Shown piece by piece: positions 1 to 9,862 of a DNA stretch of 64,000 nt; position 1 is the first letter of the stretch, and each line of letters begins with the position of its first letter. The notes beneath the pieces are model-generated. The model searched no databases, had not been told where the DNA came from, and saw only the letters and a program-made list of their open reading frames with translations. Made by a program: the position numbers and the translations under genes. The stretch comes from Geopsychrobacteraceae bacterium (GTDB lineage: Bacteria > Desulfobacterota > Desulfuromonadia > Desulfuromonadales > Geopsychrobacteraceae): NCBI GenBank assembly GCA_963662315.1, contig OY759353.1, forward strand, positions 4,256,001 through 4,320,000. The letters run 5' to 3'.

Positions 1-449
1 ACGCCTTTAGCGTGTTCACCCATTCCTTCCGCGGAAATGAAAACCAGGGCGTCGATAAGATCGGCCAGTTTTATAACCATCAGGTATTCCGGGTGCTGTT
101 GCTTCATGTCCAGCTTTTTTTTGTGCAGCCAGGGGGCGATGGCCTGCTCGATTTTATCCAGCGGATTTTCGCCAGTGCAAATCTGATCGATATGGCACTT
201 TAAGGGACTTGGAAGATCGCCGGTTAAAAGTTCCGGAGTATCATGCAGCAGGGCATAGTCCATGATTTCCAGTAAACCGGTATCATCAATGGCCGGGCCA
301 AAAATTTTCTTGGCCAGGGTATGAGAAATCCGTGCCACCATATAATGATGCTCGGCCAGGGTTTGTTCACGAAAAGTCCGGACACTGTGCCACCGTGTCA
401 CGTGACCGGACCGGGCGAGGTCGGCCAGGGTTAATTTGGGAAGTTCCAT
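1..449 (-). CDS. HD-domain nucleotide phosphohydrolase (YfbR/DatZ-like); runs off the left window edge
   Basis: Manual translation from ATG at 449: MELPKLTLADLARSGHVTRWHSVRTFREQTLAEHHYMV...YALLHDTPELLTGDLPSPLK...IKLADLIDALVF. It has the RW..AEH, HD..E..TGD and K.AD motifs. Not in the ORF track because the stop lies outside the window. Confidence 0.85.
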   Translation of the reverse strand, partial: MELPKLTLADLARSGHVTRWHSVRTFREQTLAEHHYMVARISHTLAKKIFGPAIDDTGLLEIMDYALLHDTPELLTGDLPSPLKCHIDQICTGENPLDKIEQAIAPWLHKKKLDMKQQHPEYLMVIKLADLIDALVFISAEGMGEHAKG

Positions 450-629
450 TTTCAGCTCTTTCTGTTTATTCAAAGTTTGGGCTGCTTATTATGCCCAGAT
501 TCGTACTCTTTTCAAATGAAAAGAAGGATTGCTGTTGGCGGGGGATGGATTGGGATGATCTATTGTATCGAACGTTTGTCGTTACAAGTCGAGCCCGGCC
601 TGTAACGACAAACGCTTATGGCTCTCTAC

Positions 630-2051
630 TTATAAATACTCATAAAAAGCTTTATACGCTTTATAGGTATGGAACAAATCACCTTTTGAGGCTATTTCAA
701 AGGGGGCGTGCATGGATAGAAGTGCCGGTCCACAGTCGATGACATCCATACCGAAGAAGGCGAGAAACATGGCGATGGTGCCGCCGCCCCCCTGATCAAC
801 TTTACCCAGTTCTGCATTTTGAAATAAGACGCCACCTTTCTCGAATGCACCTCTGACTGCAGCAGTAAACTCAGCATGGGCCTCATTGGAACCGGATTTA
901 CCCCTGGCCCCGGTGAATTTGGTCAGGCACACGCCGTAGCCGATTTTCCCGGCATTGAGTTTGTCGTTGACGCTGGCCCATTCCGGGTCGATTCCGGCAT
1001 TGACGTCGGCTGAAAGGACTTTTGAAGAAGACAGAGCCGCGAGCGCCCTCTGGTAGTCTCCTTTTCCGGCGTGCTGCATCAGAGCGCTGATGGCCCGCTC
1101 CATAAGATTCGAATCGGCACCGGCATTACCCTTGGAGCCGATCTCTTCTTTATCGAAGAACACCGCCAGGCGATTGTTATGGGTCGCTTCGGCATTCAGA
1201 AATGCCTGCAATGTGGTATAGGCACAGATTCTGTCATCCTGGCCATAGCCACCAATAAAACTACGGTCGAGACCAACATCCCTGGCTTTTCCTGCCGGAA
1301 CCATTTGCAGCTCAGCTGAAATGAAATCACCTTCGGTGATCCCGTAGCTGTCGTAGAGCAACTTCATGATGGCCAGCTTAACGTGGTCTTTATCGTCATC
1401 ATAGGCGTAGGGAACTGACCCGGTCAGGATATTGAGCTGTTCCCCTTCAATAAAGACACTGGCTTCCTTGCTCATCTGATCCTTGCCCAGATGGGGCAGT
1501 AGGTCGTTGATGGTAAAGACCGGATCTGTGTCCTGCTCTCCGATGACGATGGTTTTCTCTGTTCCGTCACTCATAATCACCACGCCATGCATGGCCAAGG
1601 GGCGGGTGACCCACTGATACTTTTTAATTCCGCCGTAATAATGAGTTTTGAAATAGGCCATGTTCTCACTTTCATAAAGAGGGTTCCCCTTAAGATCGAT
1701 ACGTGGTGCGTCGATGTGGGCTCCGACAATGAGAAAACCGTTTTCCAAAGTGCTTCTGTTTCCAAGATCAGCGAGGATACAACTGACCTTGTCAAAGACA
1801 AGAATCAGCTTGTTATCTTCAGGACCGGCCTCTTCCAGCCTGACATAACCCGCTTCCCGTGCTGTTTTTTCTATATATAAAGCGGCTTCCCGCTCGGTTT
1901 TCGCCGCGTCGAGAAAGTTTTTATACCCTTCAGCAAAAGCCATGATGTCTTTTTCACCATCAGCTCCGACATCTTTCCAGGTCGATTTTTTGGTGAAAAA
2001 GAGTTTTTCCTTCAGTTTATCTATGTCTTTTTTCTGTTTATCTTTGTTCAT
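630..2051 (-). CDS. M18 family aminopeptidase (aspartyl aminopeptidase-like)
   Basis: Motifs GAHIDAPR, YYGGIKKYQW, GQDDR, DKEEIGS, SMHAPFE. Confidence 0.93.
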   Translation of the reverse strand: MNKDKQKKDIDKLKEKLFFTKKSTWKDVGADGEKDIMAFAEGYKNFLDAAKTEREAALYIEKTAREAGYVRLEEAGPEDNKLILVFDKVSCILADLGNRSTLENGFLIVGAHIDAPRIDLKGNPLYESENMAYFKTHYYGGIKKYQWVTRPLAMHGVVIMSDGTEKTIVIGEQDTDPVFTINDLLPHLGKDQMSKEASVFIEGEQLNILTGSVPYAYDDDKDHVKLAIMKLLYDSYGITEGDFISAELQMVPAGKARDVGLDRSFIGGYGQDDRICAYTTLQAFLNAEATHNNRLAVFFDKEEIGSKGNAGADSNLMERAISALMQHAGKGDYQRALAALSSSKVLSADVNAGIDPEWASVNDKLNAGKIGYGVCLTKFTGARGKSGSNEAHAEFTAAVRGAFEKGGVLFQNAELGKVDQGGGGTIAMFLAFFGMDVIDCGPALLSMHAPFEIASKGDLFHTYKAYKAFYEYL

Positions 2052-2187
2052 GTAGCACTCCTTAATATTTAAGTATCCAAGACTTTTTTTATTTTAGTCT
2101 GGAAATGGCGTCTTGGCACAATCGTCTTTGTAACCTTAAGCGTTTCCGGAAAATCTGTCAGGTTATATCTGAGGGGCAAAGAAGGGG

Positions 2188-5100
2188 TTATTGCCCTGAT
2201 ATTTTTTCCAACTCTGCAAGGGCCAGTTGGTAGGCGACCTGTGCCTCTAAGTGTTTATACTGCGCTGTTTTGAGATCCGAAATCAATTGGGCATGAGCCG
2301 CCGGGGTAATGGTTTCAACCTGCAGTTGATCGTCACCCTGCCGCAGCAGTTCACGGCGCAAAGTGACCGCTTCACTGGCTACCTCGACCAGCTGTCTGAT
2401 TTGTTCCAGTTTGCGGTAGGCTTTGCTGATACTGACCTCAACGTCCTGTTGTACCTGCGCCAGATGTCTCTGGGCCTGAAGCAATTGCATCTTTCGCTGG
2501 TTGGTCTGCGCAGCCTTTTTTCCCCAGTCAAACACATCCCAATTCATCTGGATGCCGACCATGCCGATATCCTCTTTTAAAAAGGAGATGCCATCCTGGT
2601 GAATATAGGTTCCGAACAGGCCAACATCAGGCAAATGGGCATGCTGGGCTGCACTGACGCCACTATTCGCTTTCAAGACCTGCTTGTAGGCGGCTTCGAT
2701 GTCGGGACTACTGTTCAGTGTCTGGTTGATAATCTCCTGCCGGGGAGGCATGTCAGGCATCACCAGATTCTCCGGCAGCGGGACGTATTCACTGTCTAAA
2801 GGCTGTCCCAGTAGTTTGCTCAGGTCGGCACTTAAGTCGGCGCTTTGAATCCGGCTGGTCAGTAAGGCCTGCTTGGCTTCCATGAGTTTCACTTTGGCGG
2901 CAGTGACCGCAACCGGCAACACGACACCGCCTGCTTCAGCATTGCTTACATCAGCCAGCATGGCCTGGGCCGTTGCTATAGTGGCTTGTTCGCTGTGCTG
3001 TTGTTCTTTAGCGAGCAGCAAACCATAGAAGAGGCGTTTTACCGCGTAAATGATTTCAGCCCGGACCTGCCGAAGCTGAGCCTCGGATATCTGCCGTTCA
3101 GCGTTGGCAACGTCCTCAGCATCGCCGATTTTGATAATCTGGGTCAGCGGTTGTTTCAGTGTCAGGGCGTTGAGTAATGTTGTTTGGGAGCCCTGGTCAA
3201 TTTCAACCGTATCCGCGGGGAAGTTACCAAGCCCCGGAACCGTTCCAATAGATCCGGCCGGAATTTGTACGACCTGCTTATTACTCAGGTACGAATAGGT
3301 CAGCTCATCGGTTAAGTGTGGGTAATAATCAGCTGTTACCTGACTTTCTTTGTATCTGCTTTCAGCGACTTTAGCGCGGGAAATCTTAAGCAGGTTACTG
3401 TTTTCAAGAGCCAGGTCAATAGCCTGGGACAGGGATAATGGCTGAACTTCTGAAGCATCACCAGTAGCAGGTACCAGCATCAGGCTGCACATCAGGACAA
3501 GTGCCGTGGCCGTGACCTTATGCTTGTCTAAACCAGAACAGGCCTGAACATAAAGAACCGGAACCACCAGCAGGGTGAAAAACATGGAAACGAACAACCC
3601 TACGGCGATAACACTGGCTAACGGACTCCACAGGCTTGAACCGGAAAGAATCATGGGGGTGACTCCGACAGCGGCCGCCATGGTGGTTAAAAAGATCGGT
3701 CGCAGCCGCCGCTCGCCGGCTTCGGTAGCGGCCTGGATAAGCGTGTGCCCCTCAGCAATGCGTTCGTTGATATAATCGACCAGAATAATGGCATTACGCA
3801 CCACAATGCCGCACAGGCTGATCAAACCGACAAAGGCGGTAAAGCCGAAGGCGTTGTTGGTCATATACAGTCCCAATACCGCTCCTGGCAGCATCAGGGG
3901 GATGGAGCACATGATGACAATCGGTTCACGCAGGTTGCGGAACTGGAATAGCAGCACAATAAAGATAGCCAGTAGACTGATCCCCAGCGCTGCGATCATT
4001 TTAGGCAGGGTTTCTTCCTGATTATCTCTTTCGCCACCATAGGATATCTGGTAGCCCGCCGGTAACTTCAGCTTTGCGAGCCTGGGCTGGATGGCGGCCA
4101 GCAGTTCGGATGCATAGTGTCCTGAACTGACGAAACTACGGACCGTGATGGTGCGTACCCCATTACGGTGGACGATGCGGCCGGTTTCCCATTCAGGGGC
4201 AATGCTGGCAATTGAGCGCAATGGCACGCTGGCTCCTGTCAGCCGTGAGGTGACGATAGCATCTTCCCCATCATTGAAGTTTTTCCTGTCATCTGCATCC
4301 AGTTTGAGCAGAATCGTCACCGGGCGATCTCCTTCCCAGAAAATACTCACCGGTAAACCGCTAAACGAGCCATAGAGGGTGCGGGCGACAACGGCGTTGG
4401 TGAGCCCGAGGCGGTTGGCCAGCTCGCTGTCAACACTGACGTTTGCCATAACCGCATCATTGTAATAGTCATGATGAATATTACGGGCGTAGGGAATGGT
4501 GCTGATCATGGTACGAATTTCGGCTGCCAGGGTTTTTAGTTCTTCAAGCTTGGGTCCTGAAATGCGGATTTCAACCGGGGCTTCAACAATATTACCCTGC
4601 TGCAATTCTTTAACCACGACCATCGCTTCCGGGACCAGCAGCGCCAGATCAGAACTTAAGGCTGCGACCAATCCCGGTGTTTCTTCCAGTGACCTGGTGT
4701 TGACAATCAGTTGACCATAGGCTGTATCCGGTTGTTGGGGATTGACGTTGTAGTAAAAGCGTGGGGCACTCTGGCCGATGAAACTGGCATATTCAACAAT
4801 GCCGGGACGCTGGGAGAGATCGGTTTCGATGCGTTTGAGTGCTGCGTCGGTTGCTTCAATCCGGCTGCCCTGGGGCATCCAGACATCAATAACAAATTGA
4901 TCACGTTCGGCAGACGGGAAGAATTGACGTGGCACCTGGGGGAATAGCAGGGCGCAGCCAACCAGGGCGACAACGGCCAGCAGCAGGGCGAAAATTTTTC
5001 TACGCATCAGAAATTGTATGCTAGCGGCATAGCTGTTTTGCAGGCGGTCGAGCAATGACAGGTGCTTCTTGCCTTTTTGAGGAGACTTGTCATGTAACCC

Positions 5101-6579
5101 CTGGCGCACGAAGAAGCGGCACAGAATCGGGGTCAGCAGTACCGCGACGATGAAGGAAACGCTCAGGGCTATGGTGACAGTCAGGGGCAGAGCCTGGATA
5201 AATTCGCCTGTCGAACCGGTCAGAATCAACAGCGGCAGGAACGAGCAGATAATGGTAATCGTCGCCGTAAAGACCGGAATGACCACTTCGGTTGCTGAGC
5301 GCCAGGCGGCTTCGGCGCGTGGCACCTGGCGGTCAAGGAGTTCGACATAGTTATCGGCGATGACGATGGCATCATCGACGATAATACCCAGCACAACGAT
5401 CAGCGCAGCGATTGACACCTGGTGCAGGGCAATGCCGCAGTAATCCATGATACCGAGGGTCGTGGCCAGGGTAATCGGAATGGCAATAGCTGAAACCAGC
5501 GCGACACGAAACGGTAATAACAGCATGGTGACCAGAATGACTGAGCCGATGGCGAGCAAAAACTCATGACTCAAGTCCTTGATGCGCTCGCTGACCACTG
5601 TTGGCTGATCCGCGACAATATCAAGTTTCAGGTCCGGGGGTAACTGGGTATCCAGATGCGAAAAGACCTGACTGATACTCTCTCCCAGCTGGACAATATT
5701 TTTGCCTTTTTGCATTTCGATAGAAAGCATAATGCAGGGTTCGCCATTGTAACGAACCATAAAGGTCGGGTCCTGATAACGACGGGTGACCTGGGCGATG
5801 TCGCGGATATAGACCGGCTGCCCGGACGGGGAGACATTAACCAGCAGGTTGCGGATGTCTTCCTCGGTATCAAATGCTCCTTGCATGCGCAGGGGAACAT
5901 CTAAACTCGGGGTATCGACGGAACCTGCGGCACTGATAACATTCTGTTGTTGCAGCGCCTGCATAATCCGCAGGGGACTGGTCTCGTGCTGGGCGATCTG
6001 CTCTTTGCTGCTGGTTACCCAGACCTGCTCGTTCTGAGCGCCGTAAGTGGCCATTTTGCCAATGTTACGAATGGTCCGCAGTTGGTCTTGAATCCGGTCG
6101 ACGTAATCCTGTAATTCACGATATCCATAGCGCTGGCCATGTATGGCGACCAGCATGGCGACAGTATCGCCAAAGTCAGATTTTACCAGGGGGCCGCGCA
6201 CGCCGGCAGGGAGCTCTGTGGCTGCGGTCTCATTCATTTCATGGCGCATTTTGGCCCAGAATAGATCGGGGTTGTCAACGTTATCTTCCAATTCAACATT
6301 GATGACCACCAGCCCATGGCGACTGGTGGAAAAGGTTTTCTCCTTACGGACTTCAGGGAATTTGAAGATGTGTTTTTCGAGGGTTTTGGTGACCTGTTTT
6401 TCAACCTGTTCGGCGGTCGCTCCCGGGTACTGGGCCAGAATTAAACCGGTACGGATGGTAATTGACGGGTCCTCTGTTTTAGGCATGGTGGTAAAGGCAT
6501 GCATGCCGACCAGAAACAGCAAGGCCGCAAAAAACAGGGCGACAACCGGATGATGCAGTGAGCTTTTGATCGGGTTCAT
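2188..6579 (-). CDS. RND efflux permease (AcrB/D/F family) fused to a C-terminal TolC/OEP outer-membrane factor domain
   Basis: First ~1015 aa are RND (GIIVDDAIV, RLRPIFLTT). After a hydrophobic linker comes an OMF-like region (LSLSQAIDLALENS...WDVFDWG...ALAELEKISG). One uninterrupted ORF. Confidence 0.88.
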   Translation of the reverse strand: MNPIKSSLHHPVVALFFAALLFLVGMHAFTTMPKTEDPSITIRTGLILAQYPGATAEQVEKQVTKTLEKHIFKFPEVRKEKTFSTSRHGLVVINVELEDNVDNPDLFWAKMRHEMNETAATELPAGVRGPLVKSDFGDTVAMLVAIHGQRYGYRELQDYVDRIQDQLRTIRNIGKMATYGAQNEQVWVTSSKEQIAQHETSPLRIMQALQQQNVISAAGSVDTPSLDVPLRMQGAFDTEEDIRNLLVNVSPSGQPVYIRDIAQVTRRYQDPTFMVRYNGEPCIMLSIEMQKGKNIVQLGESISQVFSHLDTQLPPDLKLDIVADQPTVVSERIKDLSHEFLLAIGSVILVTMLLLPFRVALVSAIAIPITLATTLGIMDYCGIALHQVSIAALIVVLGIIVDDAIVIADNYVELLDRQVPRAEAAWRSATEVVIPVFTATITIICSFLPLLILTGSTGEFIQALPLTVTIALSVSFIVAVLLTPILCRFFVRQGLHDKSPQKGKKHLSLLDRLQNSYAASIQFLMRRKIFALLLAVVALVGCALLFPQVPRQFFPSAERDQFVIDVWMPQGSRIEATDAALKRIETDLSQRPGIVEYASFIGQSAPRFYYNVNPQQPDTAYGQLIVNTRSLEETPGLVAALSSDLALLVPEAMVVVKELQQGNIVEAPVEIRISGPKLEELKTLAAEIRTMISTIPYARNIHHDYYNDAVMANVSVDSELANRLGLTNAVVARTLYGSFSGLPVSIFWEGDRPVTILLKLDADDRKNFNDGEDAIVTSRLTGASVPLRSIASIAPEWETGRIVHRNGVRTITVRSFVSSGHYASELLAAIQPRLAKLKLPAGYQISYGGERDNQEETLPKMIAALGISLLAIFIVLLFQFRNLREPIVIMCSIPLMLPGAVLGLYMTNNAFGFTAFVGLISLCGIVVRNAIILVDYINERIAEGHTLIQAATEAGERRLRPIFLTTMAAAVGVTPMILSGSSLWSPLASVIAVGLFVSMFFTLLVVPVLYVQACSGLDKHKVTATALVLMCSLMLVPATGDASEVQPLSLSQAIDLALENSNLLKISRAKVAESRYKESQVTADYYPHLTDELTYSYLSNKQVVQIPAGSIGTVPGLGNFPADTVEIDQGSQTTLLNALTLKQPLTQIIKIGDAEDVANAERQISEAQLRQVRAEIIYAVKRLFYGLLLAKEQQHSEQATIATAQAMLADVSNAEAGGVVLPVAVTAAKVKLMEAKQALLTSRIQSADLSADLSKLLGQPLDSEYVPLPENLVMPDMPPRQEIINQTLNSSPDIEAAYKQVLKANSGVSAAQHAHLPDVGLFGTYIHQDGISFLKEDIGMVGIQMNWDVFDWGKKAAQTNQRKMQLLQAQRHLAQVQQDVEVSISKAYRKLEQIRQLVEVASEAVTLRRELLRQGDDQLQVETITPAAHAQLISDLKTAQYKHLEAQVAYQLALAELEKISGQ

Positions 6580-7703
6580 TGCGGTAGCACCTCAGGCTTA
6601 GAGGTCTGAGAGTGAAGGGGAAGGGCTAACACGACTTCGATGCCTTCACGCAGTTTTTCCTGCCCGGCAATAACGATAGCTTCATCACCGTTTAAGCCAC
6701 TGGTAATCTCGATCTGGTCGCGGTACAGGGCTCCGGTACTGATGCGCTTGGTATGGACGCGTTGCTGTTCGGGATAATAGATGTAAACCAGGGCTGCTCC
6801 TTGAGGATCGCGAACGATGCTGGTAACCGGTAAGGTCAGAATATCCCGCTCTGTCCGGGTAATGATTTGGGCTTTGGCCACCATGCCCAGTTGCAGCAGG
6901 TGCTCTGGGTTGTCCACGGCAATGCGAGCCATATAGCTGCGGGAGCTCAGATCGGCACTAACATTAACGACTTTAACCTGCCCGTAGAAGGTTTGCTCCG
7001 GCAGTGCCGGGAGAGTAATTTCCACTTGTTGACCAACGGCAACCTGATGAATATCGGTTTCGGGCACCCCGATCAGGATTTCGACCGGATCAAGTTTGAC
7101 GATTTCAAAAGCAGTCATACCGGCGGCCACTGTTTGGCCAGGTTCGATATAGCGCTTGGCAATGTAGCCACTGGTTGGCGATAGCAGGGTGGTATCGGCC
7201 AGGTGTTTGCGGTTAACGGTCACATTGGCTTTGGCCTGCACGACTTTCTGCTCTGCCGCCTTGGCCGCAGCCAGATACTTTTCGTAGTCATTGCGTGCCA
7301 GGCTTTGACGCTCATATAAAAAACGCATGCGTTTTAGTTCATCAGCGGCCTGATTGGCCGCAATTTTTGCCTGTTCCAGCTGAGCCTTGGCTGCTGTGAA
7401 CCCGGCAGCATATTCGGTTGTGTCAAGTGTGGCCAGTACTTGACCCTGCTTGGCAACCTCTCCTTCGCGCAGTGCGACCTGCACCACCTTGCCGGCCAGT
7501 AGAAAGGAACAGCGGGTTGGCGCGAAAGGGGAAACCACTGTACCACTGACCGGTATGGTTTGTTGAATGCGGTGTCGGTCAGGTTTGGCGACCTGAACCG
7601 GTGTTGGTGGAGGCGTCTGTTGCTGTTGCTGGTCATTATGACAGGCACACATAAGGAGGGTGAGGACGCAGATAATGATCTTTGGGGAAAAGAGTTTCAA
7701 CAT
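6576..7703 (-). CDS. RND periplasmic adaptor (membrane fusion protein), lipoprotein
   Basis: Lipobox-like LMCAC, lipoyl/hairpin motifs (GKVVQV..EGE..GQVLA, SPTSGYI), overlaps the RND gene start. Confidence 0.92.
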   Translation of the reverse strand: MLKLFSPKIIICVLTLLMCACHNDQQQQQTPPPTPVQVAKPDRHRIQQTIPVSGTVVSPFAPTRCSFLLAGKVVQVALREGEVAKQGQVLATLDTTEYAAGFTAAKAQLEQAKIAANQAADELKRMRFLYERQSLARNDYEKYLAAAKAAEQKVVQAKANVTVNRKHLADTTLLSPTSGYIAKRYIEPGQTVAAGMTAFEIVKLDPVEILIGVPETDIHQVAVGQQVEITLPALPEQTFYGQVKVVNVSADLSSRSYMARIAVDNPEHLLQLGMVAKAQIITRTERDILTLPVTSIVRDPQGAALVYIYYPEQQRVHTKRISTGALYRDQIEITSGLNGDEAIVIAGQEKLREGIEVVLALPLHSQTSKPEVLPQ

Positions 7704-8356
7704 GGTTTCGTCTCATTCTCAAAGGCTATGTGTGACGGGGGCAGCATTCCCTGTTTACTGATCCCCCCTAAAATGAAGTCGGTGATGCGGCGGCTAAGAG
7801 TATCAAAGTCGAGGTCATGTTTCTGTTCAATGAAATAGAGCAGGCTGCGACTGAGCAGTCCGACCAGGAAGGCGGCTTCGGTTGCCGCATCTTCAAAGAC
7901 AATATAAGGAGAGTTTTGGTGGAGCTCCAGGTGACGTTTCACCATCTCGATAAAAGAGCTGTAGAGTTCCTGCCAGATATGGCGGAACTGACAGTCAACC
8001 TGACCGCTTTCGTAAAACAGGATCCGCGCCATCTTGGTGTTTTCCGAGTAGAGTTGCACCAGTTGGCGAATGAAGACCAGCAGGTTCTCCCTGATCTCCT
8101 GATAGGTTTCACCACTGAGTAACTGGTCGGAATTTTCAATCAGCTCAGCAAAGTGATTTTTAAAGTCCGCAGCGATGTGCAGGAAGATGTCATCCTTTGA
8201 TTTGAAATACAGGTAAAAGGTTCCCTGGGCCACCTGGGCCGCGGCGACAATGTCCGAAACCCGGGTTTTCTGAAAGCCCTTCTCGTGAAACATATCGATA
8301 GCCGCATTCAAAAGCAGGGTGCGGGTGTCTTTGCTTACTATGGGGGTAGGTGTCAT
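7697..8356 (-). CDS. TetR/AcrR family transcriptional regulator
   Basis: HTH AAIDMFHEKGFQKTRVSDIVAAAQVAQGTFYLYFKSK. Confidence 0.95.
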   Translation of the reverse strand: MTPTPIVSKDTRTLLLNAAIDMFHEKGFQKTRVSDIVAAAQVAQGTFYLYFKSKDDIFLHIAADFKNHFAELIENSDQLLSGETYQEIRENLLVFIRQLVQLYSENTKMARILFYESGQVDCQFRHIWQELYSSFIEMVKRHLELHQNSPYIVFEDAATEAAFLVGLLSRSLLYFIEQKHDLDFDTLSRRITDFILGGISKQGMLPPSHIAFENETKPC

Positions 8357-8376
8357 ATGAGCCTCAACGGTAAAAT

Positions 8377-8404
8377 GTAACTGACTGACGTGTCAGTCAG
8401 TTAC
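8377..8404. promoter_or_regulatory. Probable TetR operator (perfect 13-bp inverted repeat)
   Basis: GTAACTGACTGAC-GT-GTCAGTCAGTTAC, about 20 nt upstream of the tetR start. Confidence 0.75.
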
Positions 8405-8518
8405 TATAGCACAAGATTTGACTGTTTTGGCAAGAGGGGAAAAGGCTGATGGGTTGACAGCTAAAAAGTTTTAGGTATTTTAATTTGATTGAGAGTTTTA
8501 ATTAATAAGGAGGGGGGA

Positions 8519-9016
8519 ATGTTAAAGAAATTTTTTGTTGTAGTCATGGTTCTTTTTTCAACCGGTTCGCTTGCTTTAAGCGAAGATGTTCAGGGTGTAC
8601 GTAAGTTTACTTCAGAAGAAGCAAAAGAACGTCTCGCTCAGATTGATGCATCCTTAAAAGAATATCGAGCCTTTTTTGATCTGGTTCTCAGCCATTCTTC
8701 TTTGCCTGAGGATCAACAGTTAGCTTTTTATCGAAGTAAGCTAAAACCCGGTCAGCATCTTTCATCCAATCTCAGTACCGATGAAATAAAAGAGATCGCT
8801 AGTCTAGACTGGAGCACCCAGAATATTGGTTTTAGCAATTGGACTACTTATGTGAACGGTTATTGTCTTCAGCTGGAGATAGAGTTGTTGAAAAAAGATT
8901 TAGAAATTAAAAAACTGAAAAGAGAAAAAGGACAGGACGAGCTCAAAAATGAAATTAATCGTCTGGAAATGATTTTTTCAGAAAAATATGCAAAGGAGTC
9001 TAACTTTATAGATTGA
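8519..9016 (+). CDS. Hypothetical secreted protein with C-terminal coiled coil
   Basis: SD AAGGAGG before ATG 8519; signal peptide MLKKFFVVVMVLFSTGSLA; AT-rich. Confidence 0.7.
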   Translation: MLKKFFVVVMVLFSTGSLALSEDVQGVRKFTSEEAKERLAQIDASLKEYRAFFDLVLSHSSLPEDQQLAFYRSKLKPGQHLSSNLSTDEIKEIASLDWSTQNIGFSNWTTYVNGYCLQLEIELLKKDLEIKKLKREKGQDELKNEINRLEMIFSEKYAKESNFID

Positions 9017-9064
9017 TGTCTATTTAGGTTGTCTATGAACCAATAAATCTTAACTGGAGGGGAT

Positions 9065-9406
9065 ATGTCAGTTTCACGTGCGGATTTTTCTTGTCCTTGT
9101 TGTGGGGGGAATCAGATTTCCGATAAAGTTGTTAATTTGGTCAAAGATATTGAGAAAGAATTAGGTGCTTCGTTAACGGTAACGAGTGGGTATCGCTGCA
9201 AAGCACATAATAAAAAAGTTGGTGGGGCATCAAATTCCCAACATTTACTGGGTAATGCTGCAGATATCACAGCACACCTTTCTGTTCGACAGTCTTTGTT
9301 TGATCTTTGTCAAAAAAAGTATCAGGACAATAAAATTGGTGGTCTTGGAGTGTATAGCACGTTTCGCCACGTGGATATTGGTACCCACCGCACTTGGAAA
9401 GGGTAG
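9065..9406 (+). CDS. Peptidase M15A family (D-Ala-D-Ala carboxypeptidase-type Zn peptidoglycan hydrolase)
   Basis: F.CPCCG, SGYRC..HN..VGGA.NSQH..G.AADI, F.HVD motifs; SD GGAGG. Confidence 0.88.
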   Translation: MSVSRADFSCPCCGGNQISDKVVNLVKDIEKELGASLTVTSGYRCKAHNKKVGGASNSQHLLGNAADITAHLSVRQSLFDLCQKKYQDNKIGGLGVYSTFRHVDIGTHRTWKG

Positions 9407-9688
9407 CCATATCTTCTTGGAAAGATACCTTCAAAAAAGCGCAGCTTCTTCATCCAACTGCTTCGTGTCTCGGGTGATTTGTGGGTATTTTAATGGAAAT
9501 TAATTTTAACAAAGGCGTCGACAATGTTGTCTTTGTAGAAAAAAGAGACAGATCTATTTGGGGGCTCGTTTTTCTATGCCGGATCACAATACCCAGCATA
9601 ACAAAAACAGCCATGAGAAAAGATTGTGAGGATGAATGGTTCAAGCACATGGGAACCAATTTAGGTAAATTTTGGAAAGCAATGATCG

Positions 9689-9862
9689 ATGTTTTTTCTT
9701 AAGAGAAAGAGCATTATTGTCATTTTATTAGTTTCAATTATGTCTTTGTCTGGACTTTCTTTTGGCGAAACGGAAGTCAACTTTATCTATTATGAGGATT
9801 TGTCCCAAGTCTCAAAAGCTGTAGAAGATTTTAAAAGTATTTCTTCCGCTAAAAAGAATTAA
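9689..9862 (+). CDS. Small (57 aa) signal-peptide-bearing ORF, possibly a truncated remnant
   Basis: Manual translation MFFLKRKSIIVILLVSIMSLSGLSFGETEVNFIYYEDLSQVSKAVEDFKSISSAKKN; below ORF-track cutoff. Confidence 0.35.
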   Translation: MFFLKRKSIIVILLVSIMSLSGLSFGETEVNFIYYEDLSQVSKAVEDFKSISSAKKN

